Source: Enterococcus phage 9183
Length of the DNA: 64,000 nt
Reading direction: 5' to 3' (one strand)
Sequence record: MT939241.1
The notes under the pieces were generated by a model that was not told the DNA's origin, searched no databases, and was given only the letters and a program-made list of their open reading frames with translations. A program made the translations under genes and the position numbers. Below, piece by piece: positions 44,976-54,192 of this stretch. Position 1 is the stretch's first letter, and each line of letters starts with the position of its first letter.

Positions 44976-47900
44976 CTATTTTTCTAATTTTCCTCTAATT
45001 TTACGTTCAGTAGAGATTGCGATTTCTTCAGCTAAATCTTCAACATCTTCGCCATTGTTAACGACTACTTCTTCAATATTGATGTTAAACACCATAGGAG
45101 AAGTTCCTCCAGTAGGAGATGCAACCGCAGCATTTGCTAAACCTGCAAGTGATCGATTTTTACCTGAGATTGAGCCAAAAGTATTCATTGTGGAATTTAC
45201 TCCTGACGTAATAGCAGATGAAGCACGACCAATTGCAGCCATTGATGAAGAAATCATTCCGCCAAATCCACCAAATCCGCCTCCAGCAGGAAATGGTCCA
45301 TTCGCAGGATTATAAGGATCATCATCGGAGACAACCTTAATTTCTCCTTCAGATTTAAACGGATTAAACTTGTCGATGATCTTACCAGCTTTATCCCATG
45401 CATTTTGAATCGTACGAACGATTCCTCCAAATACATCAGAGACTGCTTGCCATAAGTTTTGGAATGCGCCTATTACATTATTGACGACTCCGCTAATTCC
45501 ACTGATGACACTCTTAATCGTTCCAACAGCACTACTAATAGCACCTGAAATTCCATTCCAAACGCTACTTGTCACGTTCCTAATTGAGTTCCAAACGCTT
45601 GACGTAACACTGCTTACTGCGTTCCAAACATTTGAGATTGTATTTCTAATGTTGTTAAAGATTGGAGATGCTATACCTGAAATACTATTCCAAATTCCTG
45701 AAAGAACACCTTTAATACTATTCCAAACTCTTGATGTTACTCCACTAATTGCATTCCAAACCGCAGAAATATTATTCTTAAGATTGTTCCACCAAGTTGT
45801 GGCAATACCAGTGATTGTGTCCCATACAGCTTTTAATGCGTTTTTAATTGTGTTCCAAACGCTTGAGGTAACACTGCTAATAGCATTCCAAATCGCAGTG
45901 ATGTTATTTTTAAAGTTATTCCACCAAGTAGTAGCGATACTTGTGATCGTGTCCCACACGGCTTTAAGAGCATTTTTGATTCCATCCCATACTTTAGATG
46001 TTACATCTTTAATGCCATTCCAAAGTCCAGTGAAGAAATCTTTTAATGTATTAAATACATTTTTCGCCGCGTCAACAGTTGCATTCCAAATTCCTGAAAC
46101 TGTATCCTTAATCGCATTCCAAACGTTCGTCCAAATTGTTGAAATTGTGTTCCACAATCCAGTGAAGAAATCTTTAATTGCGTTCCATGTTGTTTCAGCA
46201 ACGCTCTTAATTCCTTCCCATACTGCAGAAAGTGCTTCTTTAACAGCATTCCAAACTGTGTTCCAAGTATCAACGACTCCGTCCCATACTTTCATAACTG
46301 TGTCGCCAATGACAGACCAAATTGCTTCGGCTGTTGCTTTCAATCCTTCCCATAAAAGAATGATTGCAGTGATAGCAATTTGGAGAGGTAATGTAATGAC
46401 TTGCCAAATTGCGTTCCAAGCTACATTAATGACATCTTTAAGTCCTTCCCAGAATGCGGAAGCTTTTTCTTTAAAGCTGTCCCATATACCTGTCACAGAT
46501 TCTACGACACCATTCCATAGGCCAGAAAACCAATCAGTGAAACCATTCCAAACATTCTTAATTGGTTCAACTACTTTGCTCCAGGCTTCGGATGCTTTAT
46601 CCGCAATTCCTGACCACCATTGACTTAGACTATCAGAGATACCTGTCCAAAATTCATTAAACCAGTCTGTGAGTCCACCCCACACCTCTTTAATCTTATC
46701 TCCAGCAGCGCCAAATTTTTCGCCTGCCCACGATGAAATCTTATCCCATATTCCACCAAGCCAATCAGTAAAGACTTGCCATTTTTCTTTGACCCATTCG
46801 ACGATTTCGCCCCAGTTCATAATAACGATTATTATTCCTGCAATAGCAGCAGCCACTCCAGCGATTATTCCTACTAATGCGCCCACTGAAATTCCTAAAC
46901 CTGCTGCTAATGGAGCAATGAATGTTAGTGCTGCTCCTAAAGCTACTAAACCAGCAACGAATGGTGTAACTACTGCGACAGCAACACCTAATGAAGCAAT
47001 AAATTTTTTCATTCCTGGACTTAACTTATCGAATTTTTCCCCAATTGAAGTTAAGCTCTTCACAAGAGGTAATAAGACTTTTGCAAGTTCTTCACCAATA
47101 GGAGCAAGTCCAGTTTTTAAATCTTGCATTGCCCCATTAAGTTTATCCATATTTGTTACGCTGTCTTCTGATGCTTTCTTAGCCGCACCACCAACATCGT
47201 CATACGCATCTGACGTTCCATTTAAGGCCTTGATAACTTTCATGGAATTATCTTCACCGAGTGCTGACCAAACGGTAGAAGCTCTATTCAATTGTTCATA
47301 TTGGCCGTCCATTTTTCCAAAATCATCAATCATACTTTTGATGACTTCTTTTTGTGATCCGCCGCCTTTTTTCCATTCTTCAAAGGCTGATTTTGTACTA
47401 TCACTAAACATATCCATGTTTTTTTCAAAACGTCCATCAGCTAATGAAATACCCATTTCTTTTACTAGGTCATTTACTTTATCCAAATTATAGGCACCAG
47501 CATCTAAACCGTTTTGAAGCATTGTGAATGTATCTTCTGCAGAAAACCCCATTTGTGACCAAAGTTGGCTATATTCCGCCATGTTGTCACCAAGTTCGTG
47601 GGTCTTATCAAGTCCGTTTTGAGCACCGACAGTCATTAGGTCCATTGCCTCTTGGGCTGTTAAACCAAAGTTGCTCATTAAACCATTTACGCCTCGCATG
47701 GTTTCATCCATATCCATGCCAAAGACTTTTTCTAAACCTAATGCTTGTTGTGTGATTCCTTGAAGTTGAGAATCATCTAAGTCTTTAATATTTGACTTAA
47801 CAGCTTGGATCGCATTTGTAGCTTCTTCCATTGAAGGAGCAAAACCATCACGAGCTAAACCTCTTGCGGTTTCTTGAAGTTTTTTAGCTTCTTCGTCGGT

Positions 47901-48818
47901 CAAACCAAAAGCAGCTTGTAACTTTCCTTGACTTGCTTCAACTTGACCAGCTGAATCCATCGCCGCCGCACCAAATTCTTTTAGCTTATCAGCCATTTGA
48001 CCAATTTTATCTGCAATTTCTAAACCTGCAAGGATTTTACCAGATTTCGCAACGCTTTCCATTCCGTCGCTTGCTTTTTCAGCAGGTTCATCCATTTGGT
48101 TTAATTCATCAGCTGTTTTGTTAATTGCCGCTCTTGTGCCATTCATTTCGGCAGCAAGATTATTCATTTTTGTTTTTAATTCTTGTGCAGCATTAGAACT
48201 TTTTCCTGATGCGGATACTTCTTCTTTATAAGCACTCTCAAGAAGTTCCATCTTATCAGCTTGTGCTTTATAAAGAGATTCCAATGATTGAATTTTATTT
48301 CCAACAGTTTCAGCATTTGTTCCAAACAATTTCATTTCTGAACTTGCTTTGTTTACTGCGGATTTATAACCAGAAATCGCAGTATCTGCTTCTTTCATCT
48401 GTTGATTAAAACTCTTCGTGCCGTCTCCTGCTTTATTTGCGTCTCCGCCAAATTCTTCAAGTTCACGGCTGACCGAGGCAAGTTCGCCTTTATTCCTAGC
48501 GATTTGAGCTGCCAAAGTGTTCATTGATTTCTCTAAATATAATGCCTCTTTAGAACTTTTTCCTGAAGCTTGAACTGTCTTTTCGTAGGCAACTTTTAAA
48601 GTTTCCAATTGTTCTTCTTGTTTATCAATCGTTCTAGTAAGTGCATCGTGTTTAGATTGTAATGTTTCTTGAGATTTACCGTAAGCCTTTAATTCAGCGT
48701 CGGTTTTTCGTACCTCAGATTGAAGAACGCCAAGCTCCGTTTTTGTTTTCTTAATGTTCTCATTAAGCTCGGACGTATTCATTCCGACTTTAATGTCTAA
48801 TCTTCTTTCGTCAGCCAC
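44976..48818 (-). CDS. tape measure protein
   Basis: 1280 aa. N-terminal coiled coils, TM segments and a long array of roughly 11-residue repeats of W-N-x-I-K/S. Confidence 0.85.
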   Translation of the reverse strand: MADERRLDIKVGMNTSELNENIKKTKTELGVLQSEVRKTDAELKAYGKSQETLQSKHDALTRTIDKQEEQLETLKVAYEKTVQASGKSSKEALYLEKSMNTLAAQIARNKGELASVSRELEEFGGDANKAGDGTKSFNQQMKEADTAISGYKSAVNKASSEMKLFGTNAETVGNKIQSLESLYKAQADKMELLESAYKEEVSASGKSSNAAQELKTKMNNLAAEMNGTRAAINKTADELNQMDEPAEKASDGMESVAKSGKILAGLEIADKIGQMADKLKEFGAAAMDSAGQVEASQGKLQAAFGLTDEEAKKLQETARGLARDGFAPSMEEATNAIQAVKSNIKDLDDSQLQGITQQALGLEKVFGMDMDETMRGVNGLMSNFGLTAQEAMDLMTVGAQNGLDKTHELGDNMAEYSQLWSQMGFSAEDTFTMLQNGLDAGAYNLDKVNDLVKEMGISLADGRFEKNMDMFSDSTKSAFEEWKKGGGSQKEVIKSMIDDFGKMDGQYEQLNRASTVWSALGEDNSMKVIKALNGTSDAYDDVGGAAKKASEDSVTNMDKLNGAMQDLKTGLAPIGEELAKVLLPLVKSLTSIGEKFDKLSPGMKKFIASLGVAVAVVTPFVAGLVALGAALTFIAPLAAGLGISVGALVGIIAGVAAAIAGIIIVIMNWGEIVEWVKEKWQVFTDWLGGIWDKISSWAGEKFGAAGDKIKEVWGGLTDWFNEFWTGISDSLSQWWSGIADKASEAWSKVVEPIKNVWNGFTDWFSGLWNGVVESVTGIWDSFKEKASAFWEGLKDVINVAWNAIWQVITLPLQIAITAIILLWEGLKATAEAIWSVIGDTVMKVWDGVVDTWNTVWNAVKEALSAVWEGIKSVAETTWNAIKDFFTGLWNTISTIWTNVWNAIKDTVSGIWNATVDAAKNVFNTLKDFFTGLWNGIKDVTSKVWDGIKNALKAVWDTITSIATTWWNNFKNNITAIWNAISSVTSSVWNTIKNALKAVWDTITGIATTWWNNLKNNISAVWNAISGVTSRVWNSIKGVLSGIWNSISGIASPIFNNIRNTISNVWNAVSSVTSSVWNSIRNVTSSVWNGISGAISSAVGTIKSVISGISGVVNNVIGAFQNLWQAVSDVFGGIVRTIQNAWDKAGKIIDKFNPFKSEGEIKVVSDDDPYNPANGPFPAGGGFGGFGGMISSSMAAIGRASSAITSGVNSTMNTFGSISGKNRSLAGLANAAVASPTGGTSPMVFNINIEEVVVNNGEDVEDLAEEIAISTERKIRGKLEK

Positions 48819-48845
48819 GAGTTAACCACCTACCCTTGCTTTTAA

Positions 48846-49105
48846 TTAAAAGAAGCTTACTTTATCTATTGGTATTAAACCAATTGCTTTGGCTTTTCCT
48901 TTAGCCAATTTTTTCCTACGTTTCTTAGCGAGCTTTTCATTGTTCATTGCGCCATGAACTTCTGCTAGGTCATTTATTTTTATTAAGGTACTATCCCAAA
49001 ACTCTTCTTCGGAAAGTCCTATTACTTTTCGCCCGATGTAATAAATTTGAGACCAATCAAAGTTGACGGGCTCAACTGGGCGAGTTAGTATTTCCTTCTG
49101 CGCCT
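48846..49105 (-). CDS. frameshift extension of the tail assembly chaperone (gpT-like, +1 frame)
   Basis: An 82-codon open frame opens just before the gpG-like stop and runs to TAA at 48846. Its composition is coding-like (EEEFWDSTLIKINDLAEVHG...KRRKKLAKGKAK). Confidence 0.45.
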
Positions 49106-49404
49106 AATAATTCTTGAAGAGCTTCTGATAGAGGTTCCAAATCACCAATGTCAATTCCATTTGCTACTTCGTCTTCAGTAAATTCTCTACCAGGGTTCCC
49201 TGCATTTAAAGCAGCTGTCGTAATAGAGATCAATGATTTAATTTGACCATTTTGGATTTTTTCCAATGCTTTATTAATATCGCCATACTGTTTTTCTAAA
49301 AAGTAAAGTGCGTTAAGATTAAATTTTAATGTTAAAGTTTGATCAAAACCTGATAGGTAAATAGATTGTCCTTCATTTTTTAAGTTCTTTGCTGTAATTG
49401 CCAT
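49072..49404 (-). CDS. tail assembly chaperone (gpG-like)
   Basis: 110-aa acidic protein between the major tail protein and the TMP. Confidence 0.6.
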   Translation of the reverse strand: MAITAKNLKNEGQSIYLSGFDQTLTLKFNLNALYFLEKQYGDINKALEKIQNGQIKSLISITTAALNAGNPGREFTEDEVANGIDIGDLEPLSEALQELLGAEGNTNSPS

Positions 49405-49444
49405 ACTTAATTTCTCCTCATCTTAATCTAGATTTTATTTAACT

Positions 49445-49463
49445 TCTCTATAATATATAGCCA
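49445..49463 (-). promoter_or_regulatory. candidate late promoter motif (minus strand TGGCTATATATTATAGAGA), copy 1
   Basis: 19/19 identical to 60498-60516, about 40 nt upstream of the chaperone start. An A-run lies upstream. Confidence 0.45.
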
Positions 49464-49510
49464 ATGTGGCCCTATTTTTTTATAAAAACGAAGAAGCAAA
49501 TTGCCTAATT

Positions 49511-49551
49511 TACATAAAAAAAAATAAGGAGGATCAATTAAGACCCTCCTT
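49511..49551 (-). terminator. intrinsic terminator after the major tail protein gene
   Basis: Hairpin aaggagggtcttaattgatcctcctt followed by a T9 run on the minus strand. Confidence 0.7.
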
Positions 49552-49570
49552 ATTTTTACTTTATTTTATT

Positions 49571-50179
49571 TTACTGCCGCGTTGTGCTAGTAGTCGTTAC
49601 TGGATCAGTAGTAGTTGCACCATAAACTTTAGTGAACCATTCACTAATAGTTGCTGTATCCACACCAGCTCCATCTTCATTGACTGAAGCACGCCAGTCA
49701 CCATTAAAGACTGTAGGTAAGAATGTACCTGTAATAGTCGTAGTTTGGAATGAGATAGAATCTTCTTTAGTTGCGTATTCATCTTCACCGGCTCCAAATG
49801 AACCTTTGTAAAGTACGACGTATTTATATTTGTTGTTAGATTTCAATGAGCGGAATGCCAAAGCAACCTTAGGAGCAACTTTATTTACGTTGTCGTGAAC
49901 GACGCCTTTTTCATCGATTTCTAATCCCATTAATTTTGCTACGATTTCATCTTTGATGTCAGCTGTTTCCAATTCAACAGCGATAGATGAAATTGTTTGG
50001 TTAGAAATTAATGCAATATCGTCTGCATAAAAAGCATCATCTGAAGTAGATGGTGAAATTGAGGCAGACACGGCTGGAGCAATTTTAAATGGAGCTCCAT
50101 ATGCTAAATTTCCTTTTTCATCATTTTTTAGTGGAAATGCATATAAGTCGGATAAACCAATGCGTACTGTATCTTCCAT
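49571..50179 (-). CDS. major tail protein
   Basis: 202 aa. Position and strong downstream terminator fit the role. Thr-rich C-terminus. Confidence 0.65.
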   Translation of the reverse strand: MEDTVRIGLSDLYAFPLKNDEKGNLAYGAPFKIAPAVSASISPSTSDDAFYADDIALISNQTISSIAVELETADIKDEIVAKLMGLEIDEKGVVHDNVNKVAPKVALAFRSLKSNNKYKYVVLYKGSFGAGEDEYATKEDSISFQTTTITGTFLPTVFNGDWRASVNEDGAGVDTATISEWFTKVYGATTTDPVTTTSTTRQ

Positions 50180-50202
50180 GTTTGTGACCTCTCTTTAATA
50201 AA

Positions 50203-50580
50203 TTATTCCTCGTCGAACGAGTTGAAAAAATAGTTCTTATTATAGTAAAGCACCCTATGATAATCATAAGGTTGTTCAGTTTCCGCGTATTCTTCACCAT
50301 TACGATAGTCAAATTTATTTGCTTCTAATAGTTCGCGGATCTTTCGTTCAGCTTCGGTGAATGAAGCTCCATTCCTAGCGATAATATCGATTTTTAATCT
50401 ATAAGTTACTTGAGCAATTTTATTTTCTGCTCTTCCACTTACATCATCTTGATAAGGTAGATAAACGGCATAAACAGGTTCCTCACCTGTACCAATGAAA
50501 TACCCCTTACCAGCTGGAAAGTCAAGTTTGCTGAACATTTCATGTAATTCTTTATGAATGCTAAATTCTGTTTTTGGCAT
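50203..50580 (-). CDS. tail component / tail terminator-like protein
   Basis: Assigned by position in the neck and tail module. Confidence 0.45.
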   Translation of the reverse strand: MPKTEFSIHKELHEMFSKLDFPAGKGYFIGTGEEPVYAVYLPYQDDVSGRAENKIAQVTYRLKIDIIARNGASFTEAERKIRELLEANKFDYRNGEEYAETEQPYDYHRVLYYNKNYFFNSFDEE

Positions 50581-50582
50581 AA

Positions 50583-51032
50583 CTATAACCCCATTGCACT
50601 AAAGACAATATCGGAAATTGCTTTCGTCGCATCTGATTGGCCTCTCTCAAAAGCGGGCTGCATAAATGGACGAGCTGTTACATATCCAACTACTTTGCCT
50701 TTTTTAGTCTTGATGACGTGACCACCTTCGACAATATGGCCCCAATAAACACCATTACGATATTTTCCTCGGCCCATATATGTACCAACAGATACATACC
50801 AGTTTCCAGTTTCATCACGTTTAGCGCTGCTAACTTTTATTGCTTCTTTTAAATGCTTGTCACTTTTTCGTCTTGAGGTATGAACGCCCGAACGAGCTAG
50901 CCTAAGAAATACGTCTCCTCCAGCTTTAAGAGCTTTCTTAGCACTCTTCTCACCTTGAGTGCCCATATTGCTAAGCTGCTTAAATAGTTCTTCGAAGCCT
51001 TCATCCTTGACGTAAAATCCGCCTCTAGCCAT
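50583..51032 (-). CDS. HK97 gp10-like neck/tail-completion protein
   Basis: Assigned by position and size (149 aa). Confidence 0.45.
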   Translation of the reverse strand: MARGGFYVKDEGFEELFKQLSNMGTQGEKSAKKALKAGGDVFLRLARSGVHTSRRKSDKHLKEAIKVSSAKRDETGNWYVSVGTYMGRGKYRNGVYWGHIVEGGHVIKTKKGKVVGYVTARPFMQPAFERGQSDATKAISDIVFSAMGL

Positions 51033-51378
51033 CTACTTTAATCTCGTCTCCTCGACTATTTTCATGGCTTGCGGTGAGAATTAAATATTCATTTCTAAAC
51101 TCAGGATTGAAAATTCCATTTACTTGGTAGATTTTACCTTGGAATTTAATGAGCATTGCTTTCGTTACTCCTGGCCTGTAATAAATTTCAAAAGTAACAC
51201 GTTCACGAGTGATGGTTTCTTTACCATCATTAATCTCCACAGGTTCCTCCTGATTTTTAATTTTTGCCCAAGGTTTTGCGAAAGGAACGAATACTTGTTT
51301 TTGGAAACCTTCTTCATCAGTTACCCATTGAATGTTACCTAATTCGATCTTACGATCCATTGCTCCTGATTGAGTCAT
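51025..51378 (-). CDS. head-tail adaptor (head closure) protein
   Basis: Assigned by position and size (117 aa). Confidence 0.45.
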   Translation of the reverse strand: MTQSGAMDRKIELGNIQWVTDEEGFQKQVFVPFAKPWAKIKNQEEPVEINDGKETITRERVTFEIYYRPGVTKAMLIKFQGKIYQVNGIFNPEFRNEYLILTASHENSRGDEIKVDG

Positions 51379-51381
51379 AGG

Positions 51382-51774
51382 CTATTCTCCTTCGTATTCA
51401 ACCATTGCTACTTGCCAATTGCGATGCATATCCAAGATACCTGAAAAGACAAAAGGTAATTCTTCTTTTGATGTATCCTCAGATAGGATGCCTCGATTCT
51501 TATACCAATGTTCGGCAATTGCCAATGTAGCGATCGTGATTTCAGATGGAACGTCACCATCAGTCCACTCAGCAAATGTCCATCCTAAATAAGTTTGGAC
51601 AAAAGACTTAGCTGCGACTAAAATTGTATCAATGAATCTGTCATTATCGACGTCATCAAAGTCGATTCGCATATAATCTTTTAAGTCTTGACGTGTAAGG
51701 TCTTGCGGTAGTGTAGATTTAACTATTTCTTGGAGCGTATTTTCGTTTTTTTCTTCCAAAACTAACACCTCCAC
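51382..51774 (-). CDS. head-tail connector (gp6-like) protein
   Basis: Assigned by position. The start is probably TTG at about 51759, after GGAGGTG. Confidence 0.45.
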   Translation of the reverse strand: MEVLVLEEKNENTLQEIVKSTLPQDLTRQDLKDYMRIDFDDVDNDRFIDTILVAAKSFVQTYLGWTFAEWTDGDVPSEITIATLAIAEHWYKNRGILSEDTSKEELPFVFSGILDMHRNWQVAMVEYEGE

Positions 51775-51898
51775 TAGTATAAAAATATAATTTTATTTAC
51801 ATAAAATTACGTTCTTATACCAATGGGAGAGCTGACCAGGCTCTCCAAGGTGTAAATGGATATAGGAAAAATCTTAGCCACGATAAAATAGGCCTCGA

Positions 51899-52771
51899 TT
51901 ATAATACTTTTTTAATTGCTTCTACATATTTATATGAACAAAAATCTTTATTTACGAAGGATAAATCGTCATTGAAAGGCGTTTCATGAACGTATTTTCC
52001 TTTGAAAAATAGATCTTCGCGATCTTCTGTCACTCCAGCATTATGATAAATTTTACATTTTTCCCAATTTTCTATAGGATCAGTTGCCCATACAAACTCA
52101 AATTCCTTAGAAACTACAGGTTTATAACCAAATAATGGCATATTCCATATTTGAGACCACATTTCTGCCGTCCATATTTGGAGATTTGTGTCCTGGAGGA
52201 TGAAATAATCATACATTTTCACACAATCGTAATAAACTTTCTTCCAATAAGCAGCTTTTGGGCGTTTTACGTATACTTGAGCACCAATTGATGCATCAGA
52301 TATGTCCTCTACTTGCTTTCGATCAATTCCAATAATTTCCATCATACGTTTGGCTATGTTTTTACCATTTTTGCAACCTTCAATGTAAGGTAAAGATAGA
52401 TATCCTGAACAATCTGATCCGATCCACTCAGAATCGTCAGTTTCGTCAATGTTTGGAATTTCTCTAAATATTACGTCGGAATCAATGTAAAGAAAATCTT
52501 CATTTTCCATTTCTGGATTGGCTTCAAGAAATTTCCACCAAAGGTAAGGACGAATAGATGGAATGTAAGCTTTATTCGTTCGGAGGTCTTCATGCCGGTG
52601 AATGGTTATTGATGGATATTTTTCTTGAAGCCTATTAGAAATGGAAGGGTCAAAACTTGCGAAAAGTATTACGATGTCTTTAACTCCTAAATCAAGAAGG
52701 TTTTTAATAGATACCTCTAGCTCCCATTCAAATCTAACTATTTCTGGTTGCGCATATAATACTTTCATCAA
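51899..52771 (-). CDS. hypothetical protein (moron between capsid and connector genes) with DSD motif; possible GT-A-type glycosyltransferase
   Basis: 290-aa ORF flanked by stem-loops (52811-52840 and about 51820-51845). Motif FLYIDSDVIF resembles the nucleotide-sugar transferase DxD motif. Confidence 0.5.
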   Translation of the reverse strand: MMKVLYAQPEIVRFEWELEVSIKNLLDLGVKDIVILFASFDPSISNRLQEKYPSITIHRHEDLRTNKAYIPSIRPYLWWKFLEANPEMENEDFLYIDSDVIFREIPNIDETDDSEWIGSDCSGYLSLPYIEGCKNGKNIAKRMMEIIGIDRKQVEDISDASIGAQVYVKRPKAAYWKKVYYDCVKMYDYFILQDTNLQIWTAEMWSQIWNMPLFGYKPVVSKEFEFVWATDPIENWEKCKIYHNAGVTEDREDLFFKGKYVHETPFNDDLSFVNKDFCSYKYVEAIKKVL

Positions 52772-52876
52772 ATTCTCACCTTTCCATTCCTAATTATTTT
52801 ATATGTAAATGGAGAGGAATCCGAAGATTCCTACTCCTCGATCTTTATTTATGATACTTCGTTAGGCCAACTTGAC

Positions 52877-52974
52877 TTAACCTTCAGCTAACGTTGTTGT
52901 CGTCGTAGATGTTGAAGTTGACGTTGTCGTCGTTGTAGCTTTCGTCGTTGAAGTAGTCGTCGTTGGCTCTACCC
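52877..52974 (-). CDS. candidate -1 frameshift C-terminal extension of the major capsid protein (Thr-rich, about 31 aa)
   Basis: Slippery heptamer C_CCA_AAA sits 2 codons before the capsid stop. The -1 frame then reads RVEPTTTTSTTKATTTTTSTSTSTTTTTLAEG*. Confidence 0.4.
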
Positions 52975-54192
52975 TTTTGGGGCTGCAACTACGATAGCGT
53001 TAGGGTTGTAAACTTCTCCATCCATGTAAGTATCTAGAATAGACAATTGACCACCAGCTAATGCTTGAGTAGTATCTTGAGTAACGTTGATCATGTTCAT
53101 ACCTTTTTTGATCAACATTCCGTAACCAGCTTCGAAGTTACCGAAGACGATTTTGTTTTGATGATCAGCTCCGTTAAGAACATCTGATACATGAACAGGT
53201 GCGCCAAACAATGAGAATCCAGGTTTGCCGTCAACTAGTCCACGGAAGATTAGGTAAGTGCCGTCTCCATCTTTCAATTGCATTACTTTGTTGAACATTG
53301 GACGAGACATAATCCACATTGCTCCACCAAGGTAGCCAGGATTTAATGTTCCATAAATTGTCAATAGATCAGGAACATCGATCGCAGCATTAATTTCTGC
53401 TTTAAGAACATCTTTGTCACCAATGATTGGACGGAATACGTTAGATGCATCTTCACCGTCTTTAGCACCAACTAGAATACCGCGTTCAATTGTTTTAGCA
53501 ACTGAACGAGTCAAACGTCCTTGTGCGTAACCTACGATATCAACACCTGCATCATTGATTAATTGGTTAGTTAATTGAATAGCAGCACCGACACGTTTTT
53601 GAGTCAAAGTAACAGCTTTCAATTTAGGTTGTAATTTGTTTGCATCAACAGTTTCACCGATGAATCCTTCATCAAAGTTTTCAGTTTCACGAGCAATTTT
53701 TAGGTTACCTGTAACTGAAGTAAATTTACGTACTGCATTAAAGATTGGAGAAGTTTCGCCTAACAATTCAATGATTTCACCATAAATTGTTTCAGGTACT
53801 AAAAATTCTCCTAGAGGATTAGCGCTGTTAATTGTAGCTTCATTTGAGTTAGAGAAAGTGATATCACGTAATTCTTGACCTTCTTGACGACGCAAGAATT
53901 GCTCCATTCCTCGTAATTCTTTTTCTTCTTTTGAGATAACTTTATCTTCCATTGTTTCTGCTCCTTCTTCATCAGCTGCCGCTAATGATCGTAATTCTTT
54001 TACTTGTTCCATAGATGCATCAAGTTTTGATACTTCTTGCTTAATTTCTGAAATGCGACTTAATTCAGTTTCTTCAAAGCCACGTGTTTCTTTTTCAACA
54101 GTGTCAGCCATTTCTTGCATTTCTGCCACTAATTTATTACGTTTTTCTAACATTGCTTTTAAATTAGTTTCCATGTTCAGGAACCTCCACAA
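52969..54192 (-). CDS. major capsid protein (HK97 fold)
   Basis: 407 aa. The order protease, capsid is conserved. Confidence 0.75.
   Translation of the reverse strand: MWRFLNMETNLKAMLEKRNKLVAEMQEMADTVEKETRGFEETELSRISEIKQEVSKLDASMEQVKELRSLAAADEEGAETMEDKVISKEEKELRGMEQFLRRQEGQELRDITFSNSNEATINSANPLGEFLVPETIYGEIIELLGETSPIFNAVRKFTSVTGNLKIARETENFDEGFIGETVDANKLQPKLKAVTLTQKRVGAAIQLTNQLINDAGVDIVGYAQGRLTRSVAKTIERGILVGAKDGEDASNVFRPIIGDKDVLKAEINAAIDVPDLLTIYGTLNPGYLGGAMWIMSRPMFNKVMQLKDGDGTYLIFRGLVDGKPGFSLFGAPVHVSDVLNGADHQNKIVFGNFEAGYGMLIKKGMNMINVTQDTTQALAGGQLSILDTYMDGEVYNPNAIVVAAPKG

Noticed and set aside
45481-47493. Long plus-strand ORFs (45481-46623, 380 aa; 46669-47493, 274 aa) antisense to the tape measure gene
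   Set aside because: They are products of the repetitive, codon-biased TMP sequence read in antisense. Their translations are low-complexity (LIAFQT... repeats) and have no RBS or promoter. They are mirror images of the TMP repeat array.
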